DNA of 64,000 nucleotides from a virus (IMGVR_UViG_3300031867_000037:10317-74316), one strand, 5' to 3'; shown: positions 7,568-16,341, counted from the stretch's first letter. Notes: a model not told the origin generated them from the letters alone. Numbers and translations are program-made.

Positions 7568-7641
7568 CGGAACGTAGTTTAAATGGTAAAACAGTTACAT
7601 TGCAGATGGGTTGATTGCAGGTTCAAATCCTGTCGTTCCGA
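7568..7641 (+). pseudogene. tRNA with intact acceptor/D/T arms and unpaired anticodon arm (nominal TGC, Ala)
   Basis: CGGAACG/CGTTCCG; GTTT/AAAC; GCAGG-TTCAAAT-CCTGT; anticodon stem GTTAC/ATGGG barely pairs. Confidence 0.65.
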
Positions 7642-7645
7642 TTAC

Positions 7646-7718
7646 TGCCCCATCGCCAAGAGGTTAAGGCATAGCACTTTGACTGCTATATTCCCTGGTT
7701 CGAATCCAGGTGGGGTAG
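7646..7718 (+). tRNA. trnQ: tRNA-Gln(TTG)
   Basis: TGCCCCA/TGGGGTA; TAGCA-CTTTGAC-TGCTA; CCTGG-TTCGAAT-CCAGG. Confidence 0.95.
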
Positions 7719-7847
7719 CTAAATAAAAATGAGGAGGACAATGAATGGATATTAAATTTTGTAAAGATTCTGGCTGTCATTATTTTGACGGGTTTGGTTG
7801 TGACCGAAGTCCTGTCGTAAAAGAAAATGAAGAAAGGTGTTCCTGTG

Positions 7848-8246
7848 ATGAACGAGAAGCCATACAAGTCAGCGTGGGAGATATTCACAGACCCGAAAGA
7901 GTTAAAGATAGCTGAGAAGATACAGCAAAGAAGATACCAGATGCTTATTCATTCCTGTATTTATTATAGGCTGAATGATAATTATATATCTGATACTCAG
8001 TGGAATGAATGGGCGCACGAACTGGAACAACTACAAAGTCAGTACCCAACAATATCTGAAAAGGTGACGTTGTACGAATATTTTAAAGATTGGGATGGAA
8101 GTTCCGGAGCATTTCTACCGCTTGATTTACCGTGGGTAGTAAAGAAAGCACAAGATTTATTGGCATATCGAGAAAATAGCAAGTCTATAGTATTACCACA
8201 AAAAGTAGTTCCGAAGAAAAAAAGTTCGAAAAAAAGATTATTCTAG
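7848..8246 (+). CDS. stand-alone protein resembling NAD-dependent ligase (LigA) domain Ia
   Basis: H..IYY....YISD.QW.....EL..L...YP motif; no ligase catalytic domain. Confidence 0.6.
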   Translation: MNEKPYKSAWEIFTDPKELKIAEKIQQRRYQMLIHSCIYYRLNDNYISDTQWNEWAHELEQLQSQYPTISEKVTLYEYFKDWDGSSGAFLPLDLPWVVKKAQDLLAYRENSKSIVLPQKVVPKKKSSKKRLF

Positions 8247-8248
8247 TA

Positions 8249-8277
8249 TTGCTTTTCAGTGTAACGTGTAGTATAAT
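8249..8277 (+). promoter_or_regulatory. sigma70-type promoter
   Basis: TTGCTT-N17-TATAAT. Confidence 0.65.
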
Positions 8278-8319
8278 TATAGAGTAGTAAGTTGCTTGCT
8301 CAGTAAGAAAGGAGAGACT

Positions 8320-8817
8320 ATGAGCGGAGTTGATTGGGATTATTATAACAAAGAGGAGTTTAGTAGAATCAGTGACAAGTATTTGCCGGCAGAGGGCGAG
8401 GGTGAAACATTAGCAACACAGATTTGTACTGCGGTGAGCAAATTAGTCTATAAGTGGTACAATGATGGTGATGTATTCGACAATTCCTATTATCTTAACG
8501 GCTGGGCAAATAATTTATCCAGTTATGCGAATTGGTTATTTACATACGTTCCCGAGGTTCAAAATATTTTGCGTGAAATTAGAAACTGTAAGACAGAAGA
8601 GGATTATGAGGAATTACTCAAGAAACTCACCGATTATTGTTTCAGAGAAGAATTTATGGACAACATGAGCCGCATAACAAAGCGTGGTAGTATTTATAAT
8701 TGTGACGGTCCGTTTCATTTTGAAGCGGACTCAGACGAGGACGAGGACGATGATTGGGAAGAAGAATTTTATGGTTGGGATATTGACGATGATGAAGATG
8801 ATTGGGAGGACGAATAA
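8320..8817 (+). CDS. hypothetical protein with very acidic, Trp-containing C-terminus
   Basis: AAAGGAG RBS; DEDEDDDWEEEFYGWDIDDDEDDWEDE. Confidence 0.75.
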   Translation: MSGVDWDYYNKEEFSRISDKYLPAEGEGETLATQICTAVSKLVYKWYNDGDVFDNSYYLNGWANNLSSYANWLFTYVPEVQNILREIRNCKTEEDYEELLKKLTDYCFREEFMDNMSRITKRGSIYNCDGPFHFEADSDEDEDDDWEEEFYGWDIDDDEDDWEDE

Positions 8818-8979
8818 ATGGCGGAAATTATGTTAAAAGATGGAACGATTGTAAGTGGTAAACTCTTATATAAATATTTATCATTTGAAGGAGATACGAG
8901 ATATATTTTTTATGTCGAGAATCATGGCGAGATTCGTTGTGTGTTTGAAAATTATGTGTACAAGGAGTATGTTGCATGA
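8818..8979 (+). CDS. small hypothetical protein (53 aa)
   Basis: read by hand; GGGAGG RBS; abuts both neighbours. Confidence 0.55.
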   Translation: MAEIMLKDGTIVSGKLLYKYLSFEGDTRYIFYVENHGEIRCVFENYVYKEYVA

Positions 8980-9308
8980 GACCTACAAGATACTACTCTA
9001 ATAGACAGGAGAAGAAAGTAGCAAAAGCTGTTAGCGGTAAAAGAACTGCTAACAGCGGTGCTACACCGTTTTCAAAAGGTGATGTAGTCACTACAGATTG
9101 GCTTATAGAATGTAAGACTAAAACAAAGGATTGCAGTTCGTTCACAATCAAAGAAGATTGGCTTTTGAAGAACGAAGAGGAAGCATTTGCAATGGGCAAG
9201 AATAATTCAGCATTGTGTTTTGATTTTGGTCCGAGTGCAAATAAAAGATACTATATTATTTCAGAGCGGTTGTTTGAGATATTAAAGAACTATATGGAGG
9301 ATGAATAA
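8976..9308 (+). CDS. PD-(D/E)XK nuclease, Hjc-like resolvase
   Basis: EKKVAK, SGA...KGDV, LIECKT. Confidence 0.7.
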   Translation: MRPTRYYSNRQEKKVAKAVSGKRTANSGATPFSKGDVVTTDWLIECKTKTKDCSSFTIKEDWLLKNEEEAFAMGKNNSALCFDFGPSANKRYYIISERLFEILKNYMEDE

Positions 9309-9706
9309 TGAATATTAAAAAGTTAAGTAGGGAAGATGCACTTAAACTGCATACCGAGATGTGGTCAGATATGAAAGAGGATTTGGGAGATAATCCAAGC
9401 GGCGGTGCCAGACTGAATTATAAATCTGAGTGGTGTGATAAGAAGTTTCCGAACTATAGTGTGGCGTTTAATTGTTTGTTGTGCGAGTATGCAGAACAGA
9501 AATTTTCTGAAATGGAGCAAGATGGGTATGAGCCGGATGACCGATGTGAGTTTTGTCCGATTGATTGGAGAGAACTTTCAGCATGGGAATATGCAGACGG
9601 TGAATTGTGTAAATGCCATCATCCTTATATAAACGGTAAGTGGGATAGTCAAATTTATAAAAGTGCGCCCATTTCAGACATGCTCGCATTACCAGAAAGG
9701 AAATAA
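9308..9706 (+). CDS. Cys-rich phage paralog family, copy 1
   Basis: L.RE.AL.LH..MW..M...LGD.P, C.LCE, CPIDW, APIS..LALPER. Confidence 0.75.
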   Translation: MNIKKLSREDALKLHTEMWSDMKEDLGDNPSGGARLNYKSEWCDKKFPNYSVAFNCLLCEYAEQKFSEMEQDGYEPDDRCEFCPIDWRELSAWEYADGELCKCHHPYINGKWDSQIYKSAPISDMLALPERK

Positions 9707-9708
9707 TT

Positions 9709-10071
9709 ATGAAAGAGAAATTGACAAGAGAACGTGCGTTGGAATTACATCGTAAGATGTGGACAGACATGCAAACTAAACTCGGAGATACACCATCATT
9801 TAGAGATAGAAATAAATTTAAGAGAAACTGGTGTAAAGAGCATGGATTTGAGGATGTAGATTGTTCCTGTTTTTTATGCGAGTATTCGGAACAGAACGGT
9901 TTATGGTGCGGCGGTGAGTGTTTAATAGATTGGTCGCCTTTAGCCGATGACCCGAATGAGTTCACCAGGTGCACAGACGAATACATAGATGGCGGAGAAA
10001 TATATGAAGTAGCACCAATTTCAGAGATTCTTGCGTTACCAGAAAGGAGTTTTGAAGATGAAAAATCTTGA
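9709..10071 (+). CDS. Cys-rich phage paralog family, copy 2
   Basis: same motifs as 9308..9706. Confidence 0.75.
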   Translation: MKEKLTRERALELHRKMWTDMQTKLGDTPSFRDRNKFKRNWCKEHGFEDVDCSCFLCEYSEQNGLWCGGECLIDWSPLADDPNEFTRCTDEYIDGGEIYEVAPISEILALPERSFEDEKS

Positions 10072-10213
10072 TAGACTAAAGCCAGTAATTTATTGGATAC
10101 TCACACCAACAATGGTAGTTTTTTGTATCGCACAATTATTGAATCATAATTATGCGTGGGCAGTCATTGATTTTGTTTTTGCCTGCATTGATGTGGCAAT
10201 AGCTAAATATTAA
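10058..10213 (+). CDS. small membrane protein
   Basis: two hydrophobic segments; AAAGGAG RBS. Confidence 0.55.
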   Translation: MKNLDRLKPVIYWILTPTMVVFCIAQLLNHNYAWAVIDFVFACIDVAIAKY

Positions 10214-10224
10214 GGAGTAAAGAA

Positions 10225-10455
10225 ATGACTGGAAGTAAGCCAAGAATTATTAATTATATGAAATTGCACGGCGGCATCACAAGTATGGATGCATTTAAAG
10301 ATTTGGGCGAAACAAGATTATCTGCTAGAATCTTTGAACTTAGGAAGTTAGGCTATGATATTTCAACCATTGAGATTGAAAGTATAAATAGATACGGTGA
10401 AGCAGTTAGATATGGAAAGTATGTTTTGAAAGGAGAACCAAATGAAAGAACCTAA
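10225..10455 (+). CDS. winged-helix DNA-binding protein
   Basis: GGITSMDAFKDLGETRLSARIFELRKLGYDI. Confidence 0.75.
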   Translation: MTGSKPRIINYMKLHGGITSMDAFKDLGETRLSARIFELRKLGYDISTIEIESINRYGEAVRYGKYVLKGEPNERT

Positions 10456-10681
10456 GTATTTACACGTTGTATTAAAGAATGGAACGGTTAGACGATTTAA
10501 TTATGATGGAGTAAATTTTCATCTTAGTTCTAACAATATTTTTGTAGTGACCGAAGAAGAATCAGAAAGAACACTCTTTGTTACACCGCAAGAAAATTTA
10601 TACTATTATGAATGTAATGATTGTGAGTATTCTAGTAAAATTTGGAGGGAAAACGATGGCAACGAAAGCACTGGCGATTAA
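10442..10681 (+). CDS. hypothetical protein
   Basis: AAAGGAG RBS, operon packing. Confidence 0.6.
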   Translation: MKEPKYLHVVLKNGTVRRFNYDGVNFHLSSNNIFVVTEEESERTLFVTPQENLYYYECNDCEYSSKIWRENDGNESTGD

Positions 10682-11696
10682 ATATAGACCGAAAACGTGG
10701 TCAGAAGTAACTGAACAAGGAAGTACCAAGGTAATTTTACAGCAACAGTTAGAGAACGATGGTGTGAAAAATGCATATCTTTTCTGTGGTCCTGCAGGAT
10801 GTGGTAAAACAACGTGTGCGAGAATTTTTGCGCATGACATTAATCACGGTGAAGGTAATCCTATTGAACTTGATGCCGCTTCTAATAATGGTGTTGATGA
10901 TGTTCGTGAGATTATCCAGCAGGCGAAAACAAAGAGCCTTAATTCCGAGTATAAAATCTTTATCATTGATGAATGCCACGCAATCAGTAATGCAGGCTGG
11001 CAAGCAATGTTAAAGATTATTGAGGAACCGCCGGCAAAGAGTATCTTCATCTTTTGCACAACCGATCCACAGAAGATTCCTAAGACAATTCTTTCCAGAG
11101 TGCAGAGATATGATTTTCAGAGGATTAGCACAGAGGGAATTGTAAAAAGATTGGATTATATACTTGATAATGAACGTGATGAAGATGATGCACATGATAT
11201 GGATGCTATTGAGTATATAGCCAAATTAAGCGAAGGTGGATGTAGGGACGCAATTACTATGCTTGATAAGTGTCTTGCATATTCAAAGGATTTAACATTA
11301 GACAATGTAGTAAAAGCATTAGGTACAACTGATTATGATACAATGTTCCATCTTACTGATTGTCTCTTACAATTATGCGGCGAAGAAGCAGATAAAGAAG
11401 CCATTCAGATTATAGAAGATATTTACAATAGTGGTAAAGAGTTGAAGACATTTGTAAGGCAGTATGTTCAGTTTCTTCTTGACTTATCGAAGTTTGACAT
11501 TGGGTGTGACTGGAAGTATCTTACACTCCCGAAGCTAAAAGAATATGAGATGTGGCTTAATGATTGCGGAGATAGAGAGTTTGATGCAATTAATAAATGG
11601 CTGTCAGTGTTTGTAAATCTTAATGCCGATATTAAATGGTCGCAGTCTGTTAAGTATGATATTGAAGCGGCAATACTTGTGAATTGGAGAACATAA
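10656..11696 (+). CDS. dnaX: DNA polymerase III clamp loader gamma/tau subunit (gamma-length)
   Basis: LAIKYRPKTW, GPAGCGKTT, ELDAASNNGVDDVR, IIDECH, TILSRVQR, GGCRDA. Confidence 0.93.
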   Translation: MATKALAIKYRPKTWSEVTEQGSTKVILQQQLENDGVKNAYLFCGPAGCGKTTCARIFAHDINHGEGNPIELDAASNNGVDDVREIIQQAKTKSLNSEYKIFIIDECHAISNAGWQAMLKIIEEPPAKSIFIFCTTDPQKIPKTILSRVQRYDFQRISTEGIVKRLDYILDNERDEDDAHDMDAIEYIAKLSEGGCRDAITMLDKCLAYSKDLTLDNVVKALGTTDYDTMFHLTDCLLQLCGEEADKEAIQIIEDIYNSGKELKTFVRQYVQFLLDLSKFDIGCDWKYLTLPKLKEYEMWLNDCGDREFDAINKWLSVFVNLNADIKWSQSVKYDIEAAILVNWRT

Positions 11697-11956
11697 TGAG
11701 AAGATACGAAGATGAAGATGTTATAGCTATTGGAACACTAATATCATATGGATATACTTTGCTTAGGATTGAAGCTGATACTAGAGTTCCCCATTCAACA
11801 GCGCATAAATTAGTTATGGATAGATTGCAGAGTTTAGATTGTGATTTATATAATAAGTGCCTTTCTGCATTTAGTGTGAATAAACGCCGTAATCTTAACA
11901 TAATTAACGAAAGGAAAAAGCATGATAGGACAACAACATCTACAAAGTCAGATTGA
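11696..11956 (+). CDS. SpoIIID-like HTH transcription regulator
   Basis: STAHKLVMDRLQSLDCDLY...NK resembles SpoIIID STVHKD.TERL..INP.L...NK. Confidence 0.55.
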   Translation: MRRYEDEDVIAIGTLISYGYTLLRIEADTRVPHSTAHKLVMDRLQSLDCDLYNKCLSAFSVNKRRNLNIINERKKHDRTTTSTKSD

Positions 11957-12776
11957 ACAACTTATTGATAATGGCACATTCCCTAGGTTCAGCATTTTTG
12001 TTGGGCCGCGGGGAAGTGGTAAAAAGACATTATTGTTAGAAATGTTCGAAGGAATCTATCTTGAAGATAATAAGGTAGATTCTGTTCGGAAGATGATAGA
12101 GATGGTGTATAAAGTCGGTAATAGAACCTTTATTATGCCAGATGCCGATACAATGTCAGTTGCCGCTAAAAACGCTCTGCTTAAAGTCATTGAAGAATGT
12201 CCCAATGATAACTACTTTATTATGACATTAGAGGATGAAAATAATACTCTTGAAACAATCAGAAGTCGTGGAACAGTATTTCATATGGATAGATATAAGC
12301 CAGATGAAATATTTGAGTATTATTGGTCATTAGAAGGAAGTGAGTTGATGCCGCATGGTATGCCTAATGATGCAGAACTTGTTAGGGAATTATGTGAAAC
12401 TCCTGGTGATGTACAAATACTTGTAAAAATGGGAGTACAAGAGTTTTATGATTATGCCCAGTTAGTGGTTGATAATATAGCCGATGTTTCTTTGGCAAAT
12501 TCTTTTAAAATTCCTAGTAAAGTAGCATTAAAAGAAGATGCAGAAGGATATGATTTACGATTATTCTGGAAAGCCTTTATTCGAATTTGTTTTGAACGTA
12601 GTTTTGATGATATGGAAGACAAGTTTGAAGAATGTAAACATTCGGTAAGTTATATGTGTGCGGCACAAGTAACGAGTGGTTATTTATCACAGTTACGTGT
12701 AAAAGGAATAAATAAGCAAATGCTTATGGATAATTGGATAATTGATGTTAGAGAGGTTTTAAATGAAGCGGTATAA
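11922..12776 (+). CDS. holB: DNA polymerase III delta-prime subunit
   Basis: GPRGSGKKT, MSVAAKNALLKVIEE, LETIRSR. Confidence 0.85.
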   Translation: MIGQQHLQSQIEQLIDNGTFPRFSIFVGPRGSGKKTLLLEMFEGIYLEDNKVDSVRKMIEMVYKVGNRTFIMPDADTMSVAAKNALLKVIEECPNDNYFIMTLEDENNTLETIRSRGTVFHMDRYKPDEIFEYYWSLEGSELMPHGMPNDAELVRELCETPGDVQILVKMGVQEFYDYAQLVVDNIADVSLANSFKIPSKVALKEDAEGYDLRLFWKAFIRICFERSFDDMEDKFEECKHSVSYMCAAQVTSGYLSQLRVKGINKQMLMDNWIIDVREVLNEAV

Positions 12777-12999
12777 ATTAACAATAGAAGAAACAAGAAC
12801 ATTTGTCCATGAAGTAATTATTGAAACCGATGTGGACATAGACGATTTGTGCAATAATTTAGAGCAAGAGTTGGAAGTAGCTGATGATATATGGTATTCA
12901 AATTATAGGGACGAAATGAATATTATTGATATGTCCGAAGACGAAGCGCCAGATATTGATTTGGAGATTTCAGCTTATTCTGAGGTGGTAGAGAAATGA
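12763..12999 (+). CDS. acidic hypothetical protein
   Basis: ORF with overlapping start/stop. Confidence 0.6.
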   Translation: MKRYKLTIEETRTFVHEVIIETDVDIDDLCNNLEQELEVADDIWYSNYRDEMNIIDMSEDEAPDIDLEISAYSEVVEK

Positions 13000-13289
13000 A
13001 GTTATATAAAGTCAATATTTGTGGTATTCCGCATACAGTTATTTTACGTAAAGATGATTTTGATAGTGATGCAACACACTTTGGTCAAATTGATTATAAG
13101 TCGGCAGTAATTAAGATAAATGAAGATGTTTCATCTGAGCAGAGAGAGGAAACTTTATGTCACGAAATTTTACACGGTATTTTAATGCATATCGGTAGAC
13201 AAGATTTAGGAACCGATGAACAGTTGGTCAGTGTATTGGGTAATGCAATTAATCAAAGTTTTTTAGTAAAGAAGGAAATGATTGTATAA
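12996..13289 (+). CDS. small zincin-like metallopeptidase (HExxH)
   Basis: GQIDY....I.I, ETLCHEILHGIL, DEQLV. Confidence 0.75.
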   Translation: MKLYKVNICGIPHTVILRKDDFDSDATHFGQIDYKSAVIKINEDVSSEQREETLCHEILHGILMHIGRQDLGTDEQLVSVLGNAINQSFLVKKEMIV

Positions 13290-14236
13290 TGGATGTTGGT
13301 ACATTAAAATCCCATATAAAATTAAAAACAATTCCTTCGTTTTTAATTTTCGGTGGAGAAGAATGGAAAGTACAGGAGATATATATTCAGCAGATAGTAA
13401 AAGCAACAGGATTTGAAATAAAAAGAATTGATTCAATAACCGATGTTTATGCAAATTTAAAGAATCGTTCCTTTATTCAAAAGCCGGTCATTTACATAGT
13501 TCGTGATGATAAGGAACTTATGCAGAATGAGAAGATACAGGCACAGATAGAAAAGGGCCTGTTGAATGATAACATTCTGATACTTTTACTCACAAATATT
13601 GACAAGCGCACAAAGTTTTATAAGCAGTTTAAAGAGCGTATTTGCTTGTTTGAGCGACTTTCTGATAGTTTATTGAAGAAGTATGCGCTAAAAGAATTAA
13701 AGCTGTCTGAGAGCGATTTAAAGCGTCTGGTCAATATATGTGAACACGACTATGGCAGAATTTTGCTAGAGATAGACAAGATAAAATGTTATATGCTGGC
13801 ATCTGAAATAGCTGGATATGATTGTACCTGTAGTGAAGCGTTACATGATTTGTTAGAGGACGGTACAATATATAATCCGCCGTATGATGCAATATTTGAT
13901 TTAGTGTCAGCGATACTGGATAGAAAAGTAAATAAGGCATTTGATTTACTTCAACAGTCTTATGCAATGGGAGAAGCCACATTAGTAATATTGTCGGTTT
14001 TGTATAAAGGAGCAAAAGCAGTATTACAGATTCAGACTTATGAAGGAGACAATTTAAGTAAAGCTACAGGACTGAGTGGTTGGGAAATAAAGAACGCAAA
14101 GCCGCATGTGAATAAATATGGGGACGAGGAATTAATCTACATACTTCAACTCATTCAGAAGATAGAGCGAGGAATTAAGACAGGACGTATGGAAGATGAA
14201 TTCGCCATGCAGTATCTATTAACGCATATAATGTGA
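13289..14236 (+). CDS. holA: DNA polymerase III delta subunit
   Basis: LIFGGEE, DKRTKFYK, LLEIDKI, IFDLVSAI, KIERGIKTG; lies next to dnaX and holB. Confidence 0.8.
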   Translation: MDVGTLKSHIKLKTIPSFLIFGGEEWKVQEIYIQQIVKATGFEIKRIDSITDVYANLKNRSFIQKPVIYIVRDDKELMQNEKIQAQIEKGLLNDNILILLLTNIDKRTKFYKQFKERICLFERLSDSLLKKYALKELKLSESDLKRLVNICEHDYGRILLEIDKIKCYMLASEIAGYDCTCSEALHDLLEDGTIYNPPYDAIFDLVSAILDRKVNKAFDLLQQSYAMGEATLVILSVLYKGAKAVLQIQTYEGDNLSKATGLSGWEIKNAKPHVNKYGDEELIYILQLIQKIERGIKTGRMEDEFAMQYLLTHIM

Positions 14237-14237
14237 G

Positions 14238-14465
14238 GTGATAATTATGATGGTAAAAGGATATGTAAGAATTTCTTTAAGTTTGAATGTTTATGACCTT
14301 GAAACGGATGCAGTTTGTACTGATAAATACGGAAATGTAACAATATCAGACCCAGACCAGTTCTTTATGGACTGGTGCGATAATTGGAAAAATGGAATTG
14401 GTGAACTGCTTGGCGCATCAGATGAAGATGTTGACCTTACTTATGAGGAAGAAGAGGAAGAATGA
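14238..14465 (+). CDS. hypothetical protein
   Basis: ORF in operon. Confidence 0.55.
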   Translation: MIIMMVKGYVRISLSLNVYDLETDAVCTDKYGNVTISDPDQFFMDWCDNWKNGIGELLGASDEDVDLTYEEEEEE

Positions 14466-14466
14466 A

Positions 14467-14676
14467 ATGGTAGAACGTGGTATTTATAAACACTTTAAAG
14501 GAAATGCTTACGGTGTTTTGCACGTAGCAACTCACACGGAGACTGGTGAACGGCTTGTCATTTATAGAAAGTTGTCAGATGTTGGAGCGTATTATGAAGG
14601 CGAAATTTGGGCACGACCTGAATCAATGTTTGAAGAACTTGTAGACGGTGTCCCAAGATTTGAAAGGATTATGTAG
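14467..14676 (+). CDS. DUF1653 domain protein
   Basis: GIYKHFKGNAY.V..VATHTETGERLVIY, WARP..MF. Confidence 0.85.
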   Translation: MVERGIYKHFKGNAYGVLHVATHTETGERLVIYRKLSDVGAYYEGEIWARPESMFEELVDGVPRFERIM

Positions 14677-14678
14677 AA

Positions 14679-14849
14679 GTGGAAATTAAAGAGCATGAAT
14701 ATTGTTTACGGTGTGGGAGAAAATTAAAAAATCCTATAGCTAGACAAAAGGGTTATGGTGTAGTGTGTGAAAAGAAATTACGAGTTGTGGCAAATACTAA
14801 ACCGTTAATTTACACTAAGCCATCCGAGACATTGCAAGCAGAGAAATGA
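14679..14849 (+). CDS. second DUF6011-type zinc-ribbon protein
   Basis: read by hand: CLRCGRKLKNPIARQKGYGVVC. Confidence 0.65.
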   Translation: MEIKEHEYCLRCGRKLKNPIARQKGYGVVCEKKLRVVANTKPLIYTKPSETLQAEK

Positions 14850-14880
14850 TTGACAGGTAAACTACAAAGTTCGCAAAAAA

Positions 14881-14908
14881 AATAAGCTACCCTTTCGGGT
14901 AGCTTATT
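14881..14908. terminator. bidirectional terminator between convergent operons
   Basis: AATAAGCTACCC-TTTC-GGGTAGCTTATT with upstream A run. Confidence 0.85.
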
Positions 14909-14924
14909 CGAATATTCGAATGGC

Positions 14925-15287
14925 TCACATACTAGCCTTCAATTTGCGAATTTCTTCACTACTGATTGGTTCCCATTCTGCTATGTACATATAACCTGTT
15001 CCTTTTGTTTCTGTGTAGAATTCAAACTCCATAATGAAGTTGTAGCTATCGGAGCGATAGAACTGCCAGTTGTACGGTAATGTTCTGCAAATCTCTTTTG
15101 TTCCGTCTTCGTTGTTCCATTCATCATCACAATGAGTATCCGGATTGCCCCATGTTCTGAAATCTGATACCCAATCGTAAATATCAATGCCATGTGATTC
15201 TGCTAAATGTCGGCAGTAAGTGAAAAATGCCCTAGGCTTTATGTTGTTATAGCTTGATTCTACTTCCTTGTGTATAAGTTTTCCCAT
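14925..15287 (-). CDS. early hypothetical protein
   Basis: 120-aa ORF in leftward operon. Confidence 0.65.
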   Translation of the reverse strand: MGKLIHKEVESSYNNIKPRAFFTYCRHLAESHGIDIYDWVSDFRTWGNPDTHCDDEWNNEDGTKEICRTLPYNWQFYRSDSYNFIMEFEFYTETKGTGYMYIAEWEPISSEEIRKLKASM

Positions 15288-15288
15288 A

Positions 15289-15504
15289 TTAAAAAGCCTC
15301 CTTTGCTGTTTTAACTTCCTTGAATTTGCTGTCTAGTACACAATAACCGTCTTTGTAATCATCAGCCTTACCGCCAAACAGTTTAATAGCCGTATCTATC
15401 TCCCTTTGTACTCGCATGATGGCTCCGAGATATGTGTACCCATTAGTGGGCTGGTCACGAAATGGAATTCCTCTATAATCTGCCACAAAATATCTTCCTT
15501 TCAT
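15289..15504 (-). CDS. early hypothetical protein
   Basis: GGAGG RBS. Confidence 0.65.
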   Translation of the reverse strand: MKGRYFVADYRGIPFRDQPTNGYTYLGAIMRVQREIDTAIKLFGGKADDYKDGYCVLDSKFKEVKTAKEAF

Positions 15505-15586
15505 TTAATTATCCTCCTTGAATTTTAATTTTCATTCATACGCCTGATAGTAAATTATCGGGCGCATTGTATGAGAACTAAAATCC

Positions 15587-15871
15587 TTACTTGATAGGTT
15601 CTACCTGTTCGTCAGTGAACCAGAACGCCTTAACAAGAATGAAGTCACGGTATTTCTTCTTCGGTTCCTCGCCCTCTTCCTCGTCTGCGACTTCCTGTTT
15701 CTTTTTGCTCTTTTTCCAGATAGCAAACTCGGCTACGTGTTCTGCTCCTTTCTTGATTTTGTAACCTCTCATTTTCCAGCCAACGAACGTGTTGATTACA
15801 TTGGTTTCCTTGATGATGCCATCCTTAATAAGTAGAGCGGTGTTAGTTGCAATGATTTCAGCGTTTGTCAT
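15587..15871 (-). CDS. ArdC N-terminal-like ssDNA-binding protein
   Basis: TF.GWK.RGYKIKKG.E....IW...F....F.FT.EQVE pattern; own promoter. Confidence 0.6.
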   Translation of the reverse strand: MTNAEIIATNTALLIKDGIIKETNVINTFVGWKMRGYKIKKGAEHVAEFAIWKKSKKKQEVADEEEGEEPKKKYRDFILVKAFWFTDEQVEPIK

Positions 15872-15915
15872 GGTAAGTTCCTCCTTTGATTAAACATGTA
15901 CTATACTGTATCTTA

Positions 15916-15945
15916 ATTATAACATCTGGCAAATAGTTCTGTCAA
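15916..15945 (-). promoter_or_regulatory. sigma70-type promoter
   Basis: TTGACA-N18-TATAAT with TG extension. Confidence 0.75.
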
Positions 15946-15954
15946 GATAGCGAT

Positions 15955-16260
15955 TTACAGATTCTTATTTAGGTTTTCGCATAGTCTTTCCAATCGTTTT
16001 CTGTCAAGGCGTTTGGCGTAAATAATCTCCTCAAGTTCGTGCCAAACATTAAGTAACATTTGATAATAACCGTCTGCGATTTTTTCATAATCATCGCCTT
16101 CTGGCACATCAAAAGTTAGGTCGTAAATAAGTTCATGGAAAGCGTTTGACATATCATATCCAAGATTGTCTTTTATTATATCCTCCATTTCTTCCTTAGG
16201 GTTGAACATGATAAATGACTGTTCAGGTATCTCTTTTTTAGGTATTGTAATTGTATGCAT
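15955..16260 (-). CDS. early hypothetical protein
   Basis: GGAGG RBS before MHTITIP. Confidence 0.65.
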   Translation of the reverse strand: MHTITIPKKEIPEQSFIMFNPKEEMEDIIKDNLGYDMSNAFHELIYDLTFDVPEGDDYEKIADGYYQMLLNVWHELEEIIYAKRLDRKRLERLCENLNKNL

Positions 16261-16341
16261 AATTCCTCCTTGTTTGCAATTAATGGTTTCAGTGTGATAG
16301 ACAATCCGAAGATTGTCCACCACGGCTCAAATCATTAATTA

